DNA from: Roseomonas sp.
GTDB lineage: Bacteria > Pseudomonadota > Alphaproteobacteria > Acetobacterales > Acetobacteraceae
DNA: 64,000 nucleotides
NCBI GenBank assembly: GCA_020249145.1
Contig: JADCGF010000011.1
Location: forward strand, 75,012-139,011
Reading direction: 5' to 3'
The position numbers and the translations under genes were made by a program. The notes below the pieces were generated by a model. The model did no database searches. It was not told where the DNA came from and was given only the letters and a program-made list of their open reading frames with translations. Position 1 is the stretch's first letter, and the number at the start of each line of letters is the position of its first letter. Positions 36,472 to 45,366 of this stretch are shown here, one piece after another.

Positions 36472-37726
36472 TCACCACCGTCCCGTCGCGGTCAACCAGC
36501 CAGGTATGGATGCTGTTCTTGTGATAAATGCTTTCGGTTCCGCGCGCGCGCCGCAAGGCGGTGATGGTGGGCTGGACGCGCCCGGTTTCATCCATGGCGC
36601 GGCTTTGCAGATACGCGGTCTGGCCTTCAGCCCATTCCCAGGGAATGCGAAAACGTGTGAGTGCCTTGGGTAGCACCGGGTCCTGCAAGGTTGCGCTGCG
36701 CCAATTATCGCCGCCATCCACACTCACATCCACGCGCGTGATGCGCCCGGCGCCAGACCAGGCAAGGCCAGAGATTTCCACAAAGCCCGGGCGCCCGCGC
36801 AGTGGTTTTTCGGGGCAGGGTGCGGTGATGACCGAATTCACCTCATTCACAAAGGTGAATTGGCGGGAAAGGCCATCGGGCATCAAATCCGTATAGGTGC
36901 GCGTTTCCCAACGCGTGAACCAGGGACGATCACCGATTTCAATGCGGCGCAACCACTTGATCCACATATTGCCTTCATAGCCAGGCAGCACGAGCCGCAC
37001 GGGATAACCCTGCTGTGGGCGCACTGCCTCACCATTCTGGCCAAAAGCGATAATGGCATCATCAAGCGCTTTGGAAAGCGGAATGGACCGCGCCAGATGC
37101 GACGCATCGGATGCTTCCGCCAATAGCCATGAAGCGCCCGCGCGAAGTCCCGTTTGGGCCAGTAATACCTTCAACGGCACACCAGTCCATTCCGAACAGG
37201 AAAGCATGCCATGGGTGAATTGCACGCCAGACATTTGTGCGCCGCGCCATTCCATGCCGCCATTGGCAGGGCATTCGATGAAATGAATGCGAGAGACTGA
37301 TGGCAGGCGCTTCAGATCTTCCAGTGTGAAAATCAGCGGGCGTTCTACCATGCCATGGATCATCAGCCGATAATCTGCAGGGTCTATATCCGGCACGCCG
37401 CCATGATGGCGTTCAAAATGCAGCCCGGATGGCGTGATGATGCCATGCATATCCGCCAGCGGCGTGAAGGAGACTGAAGAAACCCGATCAGGCGTCAACC
37501 ACGGCACATAGCGGCGCAGTGCGGTTTCATGCCGGCTGCGCGTGCCATAGGTTTCCTCGATCACACCGGGGCCAAGGTTGCGGGACCATTCGGGCAGGTT
37601 TGGCGGTTGGTTTTCGGCATTGCCGGCGGCCTGCGCGATACCGCCGGCGCTGGCCAAACTTGCCGCGCCGGCGGCCCGCAGCAAACCGCGCCGAGAGGAG
37701 GATTTCCGGTCTCTTTCAAGACTCAT
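36452..37726 (-). CDS. soxC: Sulfane dehydrogenase molybdoprotein SoxC
   Basis: Tat RR signal, ITPSGLHFERHHGG, FIECPANG, GYPVRL, NMWIKWLRR, SRAMDETG..QP. Confidence 0.93.
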   Translation of the reverse strand: MSLERDRKSSSRRGLLRAAGAASLASAGGIAQAAGNAENQPPNLPEWSRNLGPGVIEETYGTRSRHETALRRYVPWLTPDRVSSVSFTPLADMHGIITPSGLHFERHHGGVPDIDPADYRLMIHGMVERPLIFTLEDLKRLPSVSRIHFIECPANGGMEWRGAQMSGVQFTHGMLSCSEWTGVPLKVLLAQTGLRAGASWLLAEASDASHLARSIPLSKALDDAIIAFGQNGEAVRPQQGYPVRLVLPGYEGNMWIKWLRRIEIGDRPWFTRWETRTYTDLMPDGLSRQFTFVNEVNSVITAPCPEKPLRGRPGFVEISGLAWSGAGRITRVDVSVDGGDNWRSATLQDPVLPKALTRFRIPWEWAEGQTAYLQSRAMDETGRVQPTITALRRARGTESIYHKNSIHTWLVDRDGTVVNVQIDA

Positions 37727-37813
37727 TGCGGCTTCCCCTGGACAGTGCCTCTCACCACCTGTTGGTCATTGAACATCGCCAGGATAATCAGGGCTTTGTC
37801 CCTTGACCCTATT

Positions 37814-39106
37814 TCATCCGAACATCTCATCCGTGATGCTGTCATACCAGCCATCGGCATAAAGCGCTTCAAGCTGGCGATGTTCTTTACGCCGTTCGGC
37901 CGTCAGCGCCGCATTGCGCGGGCTGATCCCGCCGGAGCCTTCAACCTCGGCAAAGCCATTCGGGCCGGGGCGGAAGACGCCGACAATCGAAATACCGTAA
38001 TCAGCTCCAACATGGCTGTAGCAGGTGTTGAAGAAGGTTGCGGATGGTGGCGCGCGGCCGGCGAGAGATGCGGCGATGCAGGCCACCGCATGCTTGGCAT
38101 GCGATGATGCGACATAGCCTGATTTCGGCATGGGGGCGGCGATGGTGGCATCGCCCAGCACATGGATGCCTTCCACCTGCGTGCTTTCGAGCGTTGCGGG
38201 CTTGATCGGGCACCAGCCCGATTGATTGGCTAGCCCCGCATCGCGCGCGATCTTTGCCGCCATTTGCGGCGGGATGACATTGATCACGGCGCCCTTTAAT
38301 TTTTCGCCAAATTCTGTTTCCACTTCCATGGCGGCGGCATTCACCCGCGTCACGCGGCCATCATTGGAAGCGCCGCGCCATTCGATGATGCCGGGGTAAA
38401 GTTCTGCCCATGCGTCCTGAAACAGTGGCTGCTTGGAAAACCCATTCTTCGCATCAAGCGCAATCAGCTTGCTGCGCGGCTTGGCGCGCTTCAGGTATTC
38501 CGCGACCATGCTGATCCGTTCATAAGGACCGGGCGGGCAGCGGAAGGGATTATCCGGGATAACCATAATGAAATTACCGCCATCCGGCATGGCTTCAAGT
38601 TGGCGGCGCAGCAGGGAAATAGGTTGCAAGGATGGCACCCAGCCATGCGGCATACGCTCACTGGCGGCTTCGTCATAGCCTTCAATGGCACCCCAGCGCA
38701 GATCAATGCCAGGCGACATGATCAACCGGTCATAAGGCACCTGCGCCCCATCCGCGAGCCGGACCTGCTTCGCGCCCGCATCCACCGCGACCACGCTTTG
38801 ATGGACCACACGCACACCGCGCGCGGCAAGCTTTTCATAGCCGAAGGTGATGCTGTTCATCTCCCGCCGCCCGGCCAGAACCAGATTGCCATAGGGGCAG
38901 GTGGTAAAGGTCCGGCTTCGTTCAATCAGCGTAATGTCAAGGGTGGGGAAATTGTCGCGTGCGAAACGCGCGGCGGAAGCGCCACCAAAGCCCCCACCAA
39001 TGATGACAACGCGGCCCGCCCCGGCTTGGGCACGGGCAAGGCGTGGCGCTGACAGGGTTGCGGGAAGCGCGGCGGCGGCAAGGAAGGCGCGGCGGGAAAG
39101 GGCCAT
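37814..39106 (-). CDS. fccB: Flavocytochrome c sulfide dehydrogenase, flavoprotein subunit (FccB/SoxF)
   Basis: Tat signal, GGGFGG, TTCPYGN (covalent-FAD Cys), RCPPGPYER, MPKSG, NTCYS. Confidence 0.92.
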   Translation of the reverse strand: MALSRRAFLAAAALPATLSAPRLARAQAGAGRVVIIGGGFGGASAARFARDNFPTLDITLIERSRTFTTCPYGNLVLAGRREMNSITFGYEKLAARGVRVVHQSVVAVDAGAKQVRLADGAQVPYDRLIMSPGIDLRWGAIEGYDEAASERMPHGWVPSLQPISLLRRQLEAMPDGGNFIMVIPDNPFRCPPGPYERISMVAEYLKRAKPRSKLIALDAKNGFSKQPLFQDAWAELYPGIIEWRGASNDGRVTRVNAAAMEVETEFGEKLKGAVINVIPPQMAAKIARDAGLANQSGWCPIKPATLESTQVEGIHVLGDATIAAPMPKSGYVASSHAKHAVACIAASLAGRAPPSATFFNTCYSHVGADYGISIVGVFRPGPNGFAEVEGSGGISPRNAALTAERRKEHRQLEALYADGWYDSITDEMFG

Positions 39107-39123
39107 GATCTGTTTCCTCCGGC

Positions 39124-39417
39124 TTATTGCGGGCGCGCGTAATGCGCCGCCAGAATCGAGATTTGTTCAGCGGTATAGCCGCGGCTGATGCGCCCCATCA
39201 CTGTGGCGGGTTTTTCATTTGCGCTGAAGGCGCGCATCAGGGCGACAAATTCATCCCGGCTATGGGCGCCCTTGATGGAAGGAATGCCATGTCCACCTTG
39301 GCCAGTTACACCATGGCAGCCCTGGCAGCCGCCAATCAGCAGCGGCACATCTGTCGCCTGCGCGAAAGCCGGCCCGCCCGAGAAAAGTAACAAGCACAGC
39401 GCGAACCTGATCTTCAT
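39124..39417 (-). CDS. fccA: Monoheme cytochrome c subunit of flavocytochrome c (FccA)
   Basis: Signal peptide, CQGCHG, TVMGRI..GY; C-terminal part of track ORF 39124..40047. Confidence 0.85.
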   Translation of the reverse strand: MKIRFALCLLLFSGGPAFAQATDVPLLIGGCQGCHGVTGQGGHGIPSIKGAHSRDEFVALMRAFSANEKPATVMGRISRGYTAEQISILAAHYARPQ

Positions 39418-39486
39418 GGTTTTGCGTCCCCCAAAAAAGCCGCTTGCATGCGCGCTCTTCATTGATGATAAGGCGAGCCTAGCCAC

Positions 39487-39515
39487 CGGGTTTTGAGCGG
39501 TCAACACAAAACCCG
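39487..39515. promoter_or_regulatory. Inverted repeat in the divergent fccA / cytochrome c promoter
   Basis: CGGGTTTTG-agcggtcaaca-CAAAACCCG. Confidence 0.45.
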
Positions 39516-39558
39516 CAGCAATCCGGTCGGCCCGAATCCTTTGCCGGGAGAATTGAAA

Positions 39559-39945
39559 ATGAAGTTTCGTATCGCCATGCTGGCCGCACCCTTGCTGATG
39601 GCCCCCAGCTTTGCCTCGGCGGCGGATGCTGAGGCTGGGCAGCGCGTCTTTAACCAATGCCGCGCCTGCCATACGGTGGATCAAGGCGGGCGCAATGGTG
39701 TCGGCCCCAATCTTTATGGCGTTTTTGATCGCCGCGCGGGCGCTGTGGAAGGCTTCCGCTACTCCGCCCCCATGCGCGCCAAAGCGGAAGAAGGGCTCAC
39801 CTGGAATGAAGCCAACCTCCGCGCCTATATCACCAACCCGAAGGCGGTGGTGCCAGCCGGGTCCATGGCCTTTGCCGGGCTGCGCAATGAACAGCAAATG
39901 AATGATCTGATCGCCTATCTGCGCCGCGCCACGGGCGCCAATTGA
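39559..39945 (+). CDS. Class I cytochrome c (c2/c550, SoxE-like)
   Basis: Signal peptide, CRACH, GPNLYG, FRYS, PAGSM.F.GL. Confidence 0.92.
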   Translation: MKFRIAMLAAPLLMAPSFASAADAEAGQRVFNQCRACHTVDQGGRNGVGPNLYGVFDRRAGAVEGFRYSAPMRAKAEEGLTWNEANLRAYITNPKAVVPAGSMAFAGLRNEQQMNDLIAYLRRATGAN

Positions 39946-39954
39946 CGTGCTGTT

Positions 39955-39993
39955 GCGATATGCCGTTCCGGTAATGCCGGAATGGCATATCGC
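39955..39993. terminator. 17-bp stem hairpin between the convergent cytochrome c gene and soxB
   Basis: GCGATATGCCGTTCCGG-taatg-CCGGAATGGCATATCGC, one G-T pair. Confidence 0.7.
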
Positions 39994-40043
39994 CCCCGCT
40001 GCCTTGAAATTCCGAAAAAGCGATGCGCCGGAAATGGCGCGCC

Positions 40044-41705
40044 TCACACCCCGCGCAATTCAATGTCCTGGCGCGGTGTTACCTTCAGCGGCCCCTTGGC
40101 CAAATGGCGAAACACCAAATCCCAGATCGGTGGGCCTTCCGCCGCCTGATTGATGCTGGCCCAGCCAGCCAACACGTAGTCACGCGACGCTTCAATCGGC
40201 TGCCCGCTTCGCTTCAGGCGCAGATTCGAAATGCGCTGTCCGGCGCCTGCCGCGACATCCAGGGTGAAGGTAATGCCGGCGCTGCGCACCATATCCCCGC
40301 CCTGCTGATAGAAGGGATCGGGGTGGAATAGGTTATCGGCAATATCCTCAAGCAAGGCCTTGATCGCCGCCCCCTTCATCACGCTGCGATAGGCCGCCGG
40401 ATAGGTGATGGCGGTCTGCGCCCAGACATCCTCGGCGGTGATATCCGTATCGGGCAGCAGCGTAGTGCCCCAGCGAAAGCCAGGCGAAAGCGCAATCTCG
40501 GCATCGCGCTGTTCCAGCAGCGCATCGCAGATCACATCATCCCAGGTGCCGGCGGTATTGCCGCGCCGCCACAGCAGGCTTTCCGTTCGGCCAACCACCG
40601 GCGCCAAATCCGCCGCATGGGGTTCGCGCAGGCCGCGCACCAAGGCCGCCATATCGGCATCGGGCGCAATGCTGTTGCTGAAGATCGGGATCAGGGCATG
40701 GCGGTAATCCGCCACGCGCCCACCCTGCACATCAAGATCAAGCCGGCTGATGAATTTGCCTGAAGCACCCGTCGCGATCAGCAGCGTGCGCCCAATTTGC
40801 ACGGGCCGCGGCAGCGCATCATGCGTATGGCCGGTCAGGATCACATCAATCCCCGGCACGCGCGCCGCGAGCTTCCGGTCCACCTCAAACCCGTTATGGG
40901 ATAGCAGCACAACCAGGCCAGCGCCCTCATCACGCGCAGCCTGCACGCGGGCCGCGATTTTTTCTTCCTTGATGCCGAATTCCCAATCCGGAAACATCCA
41001 GGATGGGTTGGCGATCGGCGTATAGGGAAAGGCCTGGCCAATCACCGCAACCTTGACCCCGCCGCGGTCGAACATGGCATGCGTCGGGAAGACATCCTCA
41101 TTCCATTCACGGTCCTGGATATTGCCGGCGAGGAAGGGAAAGCCGAGCCCTTTGGCCAATTCCGTCACACGATCCGCGCCATAGGTGAATTCCCAATGGC
41201 CGACCATGGCTTCAACGCCCAAAGCCTTTTGCACCGCCACCATATCGGCGGCCTTGGTCTGCAAATTGGTCCAGGCGCCTTGCCAGGTATCGCCGCCATC
41301 CAGCAACAGGCAGCGCCCGGGGCGTTCCGCACGGATCGCCTTGATGATGGTTGTCATGCGATCTGCCCCACCCATGGGGCCGAAGCGCCTGGCGAGGTCA
41401 GCAAAATCAAGATCGGTCAACGCATGGGCCTGCGCCGTCCCGCGCGTGAGGCCGAATTCAGTGAGGAAAGCCTCACCAGTGATATGCGGCACGCGCCCGC
41501 GTGCCTCACCCACGCCGATCTTGGCCGAGGCTTCCCGAAAAAACATCGGCATCAACTGGCCGTGCAAATCCGTCATGTGGATCAGCGTGACTTGGCCAAG
41601 CGGCGCAAAGCGCAACAATTCCGTCTGGGTCGGCGCTTCAGCATGCGCGCGGATCACCGGCGCCAGCGCCGCGGCAGCCACGAGCAAATCGCGCCGCGTG
41701 ATCAT
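40044..41705 (-). CDS. soxB: Thiosulfohydrolase SoxB
   Basis: Tat signal, TDLHGQL, DGGDTWQG, GHWEF, LSHNG, TGHTHD, RRGN, SPGFRWG, PFYQQGGDM. Confidence 0.95.
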   Translation of the reverse strand: MITRRDLLVAAAALAPVIRAHAEAPTQTELLRFAPLGQVTLIHMTDLHGQLMPMFFREASAKIGVGEARGRVPHITGEAFLTEFGLTRGTAQAHALTDLDFADLARRFGPMGGADRMTTIIKAIRAERPGRCLLLDGGDTWQGAWTNLQTKAADMVAVQKALGVEAMVGHWEFTYGADRVTELAKGLGFPFLAGNIQDREWNEDVFPTHAMFDRGGVKVAVIGQAFPYTPIANPSWMFPDWEFGIKEEKIAARVQAARDEGAGLVVLLSHNGFEVDRKLAARVPGIDVILTGHTHDALPRPVQIGRTLLIATGASGKFISRLDLDVQGGRVADYRHALIPIFSNSIAPDADMAALVRGLREPHAADLAPVVGRTESLLWRRGNTAGTWDDVICDALLEQRDAEIALSPGFRWGTTLLPDTDITAEDVWAQTAITYPAAYRSVMKGAAIKALLEDIADNLFHPDPFYQQGGDMVRSAGITFTLDVAAGAGQRISNLRLKRSGQPIEASRDYVLAGWASINQAAEGPPIWDLVFRHLAKGPLKVTPRQDIELRGV

Positions 41706-41751
41706 GCGCCGCCGCTAAAAGGCAAAACCGCCCGCATGGCTGCGGCGCCTT

Positions 41752-42084
41752 TCACCCAAGCTTCAATTCGGCGTTTGCGCTGCGTGTTTCCCCGGCATCA
41801 TTCGTCCAGGTCATTTCGAAACGCCCTGCACGCTCCGCCCGGAAGGGGAAGGCGATATAGGGGTTGGCGGCGATGGCCGGCGCCAAATCCATGGCGAAGA
41901 CCAATTCCCCGTCAAAGCGTGCTTCGAAGCGGCGGATGATGTCGCGCGGAATCTCCTGGCCTTCCGGCGTGCGGCGCTGGCCGGTTTCCATGACATGGGT
42001 GATCAGGGTGCGAATTTCGATGACATCGCCGGCCCGGATCTGGGCGGGAAGACGCAGCCGGGGCTGGCCAATGGCTGAGGACAT
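41752..42084 (-). CDS. soxZ: Sulfur carrier subunit SoxZ
   Basis: IRTLITHVMETGQR, AANPYIAF, WTNDAG. Confidence 0.92.
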   Translation of the reverse strand: MSSAIGQPRLRLPAQIRAGDVIEIRTLITHVMETGQRRTPEGQEIPRDIIRRFEARFDGELVFAMDLAPAIAANPYIAFPFRAERAGRFEMTWTNDAGETRSANAELKLG

Positions 42085-42103
42085 GATGCGCTTTCCTTCC
42101 GCT

Positions 42104-42559
42104 TTAGCCGCCGCAGCCGCCGATGGTGACCTTCACCTCGGCGCGCGCCATGAACAATCTGCCATCAGCCATTTCCGCGAAGGCCATCACATCCTGCGTT
42201 TGGCCCAGGCGAATGCGCGTATCCACCGTGGCGCGGCCCATCGCGGGCGTCAGGTGAAAAACTGCAACCTCCGGCGTTGGATTGCCGGTGGCGAAAACAT
42301 GGATCGCCTTCACATGATCAGCCGCGGTCATGGGGCTTTCCACCATGACATTCAGCGGCACGGCATTGCCATTTTCTGCAATCGCCGGCAGCCGTAGCGT
42401 AATTCGGCCTTCCTGCGCAGCACGCCCTGCGCGGAGCTTATCAATGGCGGCCTGCACCTTATCCGGCAGGTTCGCGAGACCTGGGCGCGGCACCAGCACT
42501 ACCCCGGCCAGGGCCAGCGCCAATATTGTGCGGCGAGAAGGTTGGTGTTGCAGCTGCAT
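42104..42559 (-). CDS. soxY: Sulfur carrier subunit SoxY
   Basis: SRR signal, PAIAENG.VP, TRIRLGQTQ, C-terminal VKVTIGGCGG swinging arm; GGAGG RBS. Confidence 0.95.
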   Translation of the reverse strand: MQLQHQPSRRTILALALAGVVLVPRPGLANLPDKVQAAIDKLRAGRAAQEGRITLRLPAIAENGNAVPLNVMVESPMTAADHVKAIHVFATGNPTPEVAVFHLTPAMGRATVDTRIRLGQTQDVMAFAEMADGRLFMARAEVKVTIGGCGG

Positions 42560-42656
42560 CCTGTTCCTCCATTTTGAGGGTTCAGTAGCATGTCTTGCTG
42601 CTGTGCCGCCAGTATTTGGAAGAAACATCGTCCGGCTTGAATGCCGCCGCGCGCCT

Positions 42657-43739
42657 TCAGCGCGCGCGCAATCTGGATCGCATGCGCTCCCATGCCTCCA
42701 AAAACAGCGTTGGCGTATTCGCCCCGGCATTCCAAGGCAGCGAAACACGGATCGCGCAGGCTGCATCCGCGCCAAACCCCATCGCCGCCAGCACATGGGA
42801 TTGTCGCACCTTGCCGGATGAACAGGCAGCCCCCGCAGAAACCGCAACCCCTGCCAGATCAAGCGCAATTACCTGAGTCTCTGCCGCCACCCCCGGCAGG
42901 ATCAGGCTGGTGGTATTGGGCAGGCGCGGTGCGGTGCCGCCCGCGATGATCACCTCAGGCGCCAAAGCCTTCACCCCGGCCTCAATCGCATCCCGCAGCG
43001 CCGCCAGGCCTTCCGGCATAGGGCGGGGAAGGGCGGCGGCGAAGCCGGCAATGGCGGGAAGCGCCTCGGTCCCGCCGCGCCGGCCGGATTCCTGCCCGCC
43101 GCCGGTCAAAAGCGGCGCGGGGTCCAGACCGGGGCGGAGCAGCAGGGCGCCTACGCCCTTGGGGCCGCCAAGCTTATGCGCGGAAAGCGCCAGCGAATCG
43201 GCAGGGCCAAGCGAGAAGGGCAAGCGCCCCGGCATTTGCACCGCATCAAGATGCAGCAAGGCGCCGTGCTGCCGGCAAAGTTCTGCAATAGCTTCAATGG
43301 GATGCAGCACGCCGGTTTCATTATTGGCCGCCATCACCGCAACCAGCGCGGGGCCAGCGGCCTTCAACGCCGCTTCCAGCGCCGCCAAATCCAGAGTGCC
43401 ATCGGAAAGCACGGGGAGCATCTCGGCCTCTGATCCCGCCGCGGCCAGCACGGCGGGGTGTTCCGTCGCCCCCACCAGCACGCGCCGCCCTGCAGAAAGG
43501 CCCCTTATGGCCAAGGCATTCGCCTCTGTCCCGCCCGAGGTGAACACCAAATCCCGCCCGCGCGCCCCGAAGCACGCCGCAATCGCCTCCCGCGCTTCTT
43601 CCAACACGCGCCGCGCCGCACGGCCTTCGGCATGGACCGAGGATGGGTTGCCCGGCAGGGCCAGCGCCTCGGCCATGGCGGCGATGGCTTCCGGGCGCAT
43701 GGGCTCGGTCGCGTTGGCGTCCAAGTATAGGCGAGGCAT
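42657..43739 (-). CDS. iscS: Cysteine desulfurase (IscS/NifS group I)
   Basis: YLDANAT, GNPSS.H, ANNETG, SAHKLGGPKG (PLP Lys), SAGAACSSG (catalytic Cys). Confidence 0.9.
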   Translation of the reverse strand: MPRLYLDANATEPMRPEAIAAMAEALALPGNPSSVHAEGRAARRVLEEAREAIAACFGARGRDLVFTSGGTEANALAIRGLSAGRRVLVGATEHPAVLAAAGSEAEMLPVLSDGTLDLAALEAALKAAGPALVAVMAANNETGVLHPIEAIAELCRQHGALLHLDAVQMPGRLPFSLGPADSLALSAHKLGGPKGVGALLLRPGLDPAPLLTGGGQESGRRGGTEALPAIAGFAAALPRPMPEGLAALRDAIEAGVKALAPEVIIAGGTAPRLPNTTSLILPGVAAETQVIALDLAGVAVSAGAACSSGKVRQSHVLAAMGFGADAACAIRVSLPWNAGANTPTLFLEAWERMRSRLRAR

Positions 43740-43745
43740 GGCGGG

Positions 43746-44207
43746 TCAGCCGGGGGGCAAGGGCGCGGCGGCGCGGCCCAAAACGCGCCCGGCCAGCACA
43801 TCCGCCAGCGTCACGCCTGCCAGGAAAAGCCGGATTTGCCCGCCCAACTCCGCCCAAAGATCATGGGTGTCACAGCGCTGACCGGCCAGGCAGCCGGGGT
43901 TGCCTTCCTCACATCTGGTGGCCGAAATCGGTTCTTCCACCGCATCTATGATGGCGGCGATGGTGATGCGTTCCGGCGCCGGCAGCAGCCGATAGCCCCC
44001 CCCTGGCCCGCGCGCCGATTCCACCAGCCCCGCGCGGCGGAGCCGTCCAAAAAGCTGTTCCAGATAGGCCGCCGAGAGATGCTGGGCGGCGGCGATATCG
44101 GCGATGGAGGCTGGTCGCGCCTCCAACGGCTCCCGCTGAGCAGCCTCCCGCCGCGCCATTTCGGCGAGTGCCATGACGGCATAGCGACCTCGGGTTGAGA
44201 GCCTCAT
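43746..44207 (-). CDS. iscR: Rrf2 family regulator, IscR type
   Basis: MRLSTRGRYAV, YLEQLF..LRR, SARGPGGGY, C-x6-C-x5-C-x2-H cluster ligands. Confidence 0.9.
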   Translation of the reverse strand: MRLSTRGRYAVMALAEMARREAAQREPLEARPASIADIAAAQHLSAAYLEQLFGRLRRAGLVESARGPGGGYRLLPAPERITIAAIIDAVEEPISATRCEEGNPGCLAGQRCDTHDLWAELGGQIRLFLAGVTLADVLAGRVLGRAAAPLPPG

Positions 44208-44593
44208 CTGTCAGTACAATCTGACACCGAAGGAGGAGGCAAAAAAAATCGCGACTCCCTGCATGAATCCATTAGGAATTTCCCGATGTGATCATTATAT
44301 TACACGCTCCTTTGGGGGATGGGAAACCCCTCTGAGGCATCGGGGTGGCGGCTTCGGCGGCACCTCGGCGATAGGATACCGCGGCGCTTCCGTGGCATTG
44401 ATAGCTGGGTTTGCCGATCTTGGCGGTCAAGATTTCCGCGGTCGGTAAGTGGGCGATCAATGCGTATCCTGGTCGTGGGCTTTGGTTTCCCTCAAATGCG
44501 GCGCCGGTGCCGCTGGGTTCGCATCGCCCATCCCCCATGGGCGATGATGCGTGAACCCCGCACCGGCCAAAAATGGAATGGATAAGGAAGACC

Positions 44594-45262
44594 ATGCCAG
44601 AAGTGATGTTCGCCGGGCCTGATGGACGGCTTGAAGGACGCTATCACCATTCCAAGCGCCCGAACGCCCCCACGGCGCTGTTGTTGCACCCGCACCCGCT
44701 TCATGGCGGCACCATGAATAACCGCGTCATTCATGCGCTGTATCAGCGCATGCAGGCTTTGGGCTTTTCCGTGCTGCGCTTCAATATGCGTGGCGTGGGG
44801 CGCAGCCAGGGCCGTTATGATGGTGGCATTGGCGAAATCTCCGATGCCTGCGCGGGGCTGGATTTCCTGCAAACCGTCAACCCCAACGCGTCTTCGCAAT
44901 GGGTGCTGGGCTATTCCTTCGGCGCCTATGTCGGCATGCAGGTGCTGATGCGTCGGCCGGAAATGGGCGGCTTTGTGTCCATCAGCGCGCCTGCTTCGCA
45001 TTATGATTTCGGCTTCCTGGCCCCCTGCCCCTGCGGCGGGCTGATCCTGCATGGCGCCGATGATGAATTGGTGCCGGAAATTTCCGTGAAGAAGCTCGTG
45101 GAAAAGCTGAATACGCAAAAGGGTGTCAGCATTGACTATCGCATCATGGCCAGCGCCGGCCATGTCTTCACGCCGGAACAGACCGAAAAGGTTGTGGATG
45201 CGGCGGAAGATCACGTGATGGGCATTCTGAATCGCAATCGCATGGCGCTGGCGGCTGATTAA
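44594..45262 (+). CDS. Alpha/beta hydrolase (usually divergent from iscR in Alphaproteobacteria)
   Basis: MPEV.F.GP.GRLEGRY, HPHP..GGTMNN, GYSFG nucleophile elbow, GHVF. Confidence 0.9.
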   Translation: MPEVMFAGPDGRLEGRYHHSKRPNAPTALLLHPHPLHGGTMNNRVIHALYQRMQALGFSVLRFNMRGVGRSQGRYDGGIGEISDACAGLDFLQTVNPNASSQWVLGYSFGAYVGMQVLMRRPEMGGFVSISAPASHYDFGFLAPCPCGGLILHGADDELVPEISVKKLVEKLNTQKGVSIDYRIMASAGHVFTPEQTEKVVDAAEDHVMGILNRNRMALAAD

Positions 45263-45282
45263 GGCTTGAAGCCACGCTTCGA

Positions 45283-45318
45283 AAAAAGGCCGCGCGGGTC
45301 ATTCCGGGCGGCCTTTTT
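45283..45318. terminator. Rho-independent terminator
   Basis: AAAAAGGCCGC...GCGGCCTTTTT. Confidence 0.8.
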
Positions 45319-45366
45319 CATGGGCAGCTTTTGTGCTTGGATCGTATCAATAACCGGGAGGTCACC

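Noticed and set aside
39124-40047. Track ORF of 307 aa as one protein
   Set aside because: Only the last 97 aa (from ATG 39417) form the signal peptide plus CxxCH cytochrome; the rest is antisense to the cytochrome c gene
44195-44270. GAGAG...ACCGAAGGAG resembling a glycine riboswitch
   Set aside because: The CTCTCAGG 3' motif and P1 pairing are missing, and it overlaps the iscR start on the opposite strand
45337-45350. TTGGA-TCGT-ATCAA as an FNR box
   Set aside because: The left half-site breaks the critical TTGA core and it lies only 17 bp from the start codon; likely chance
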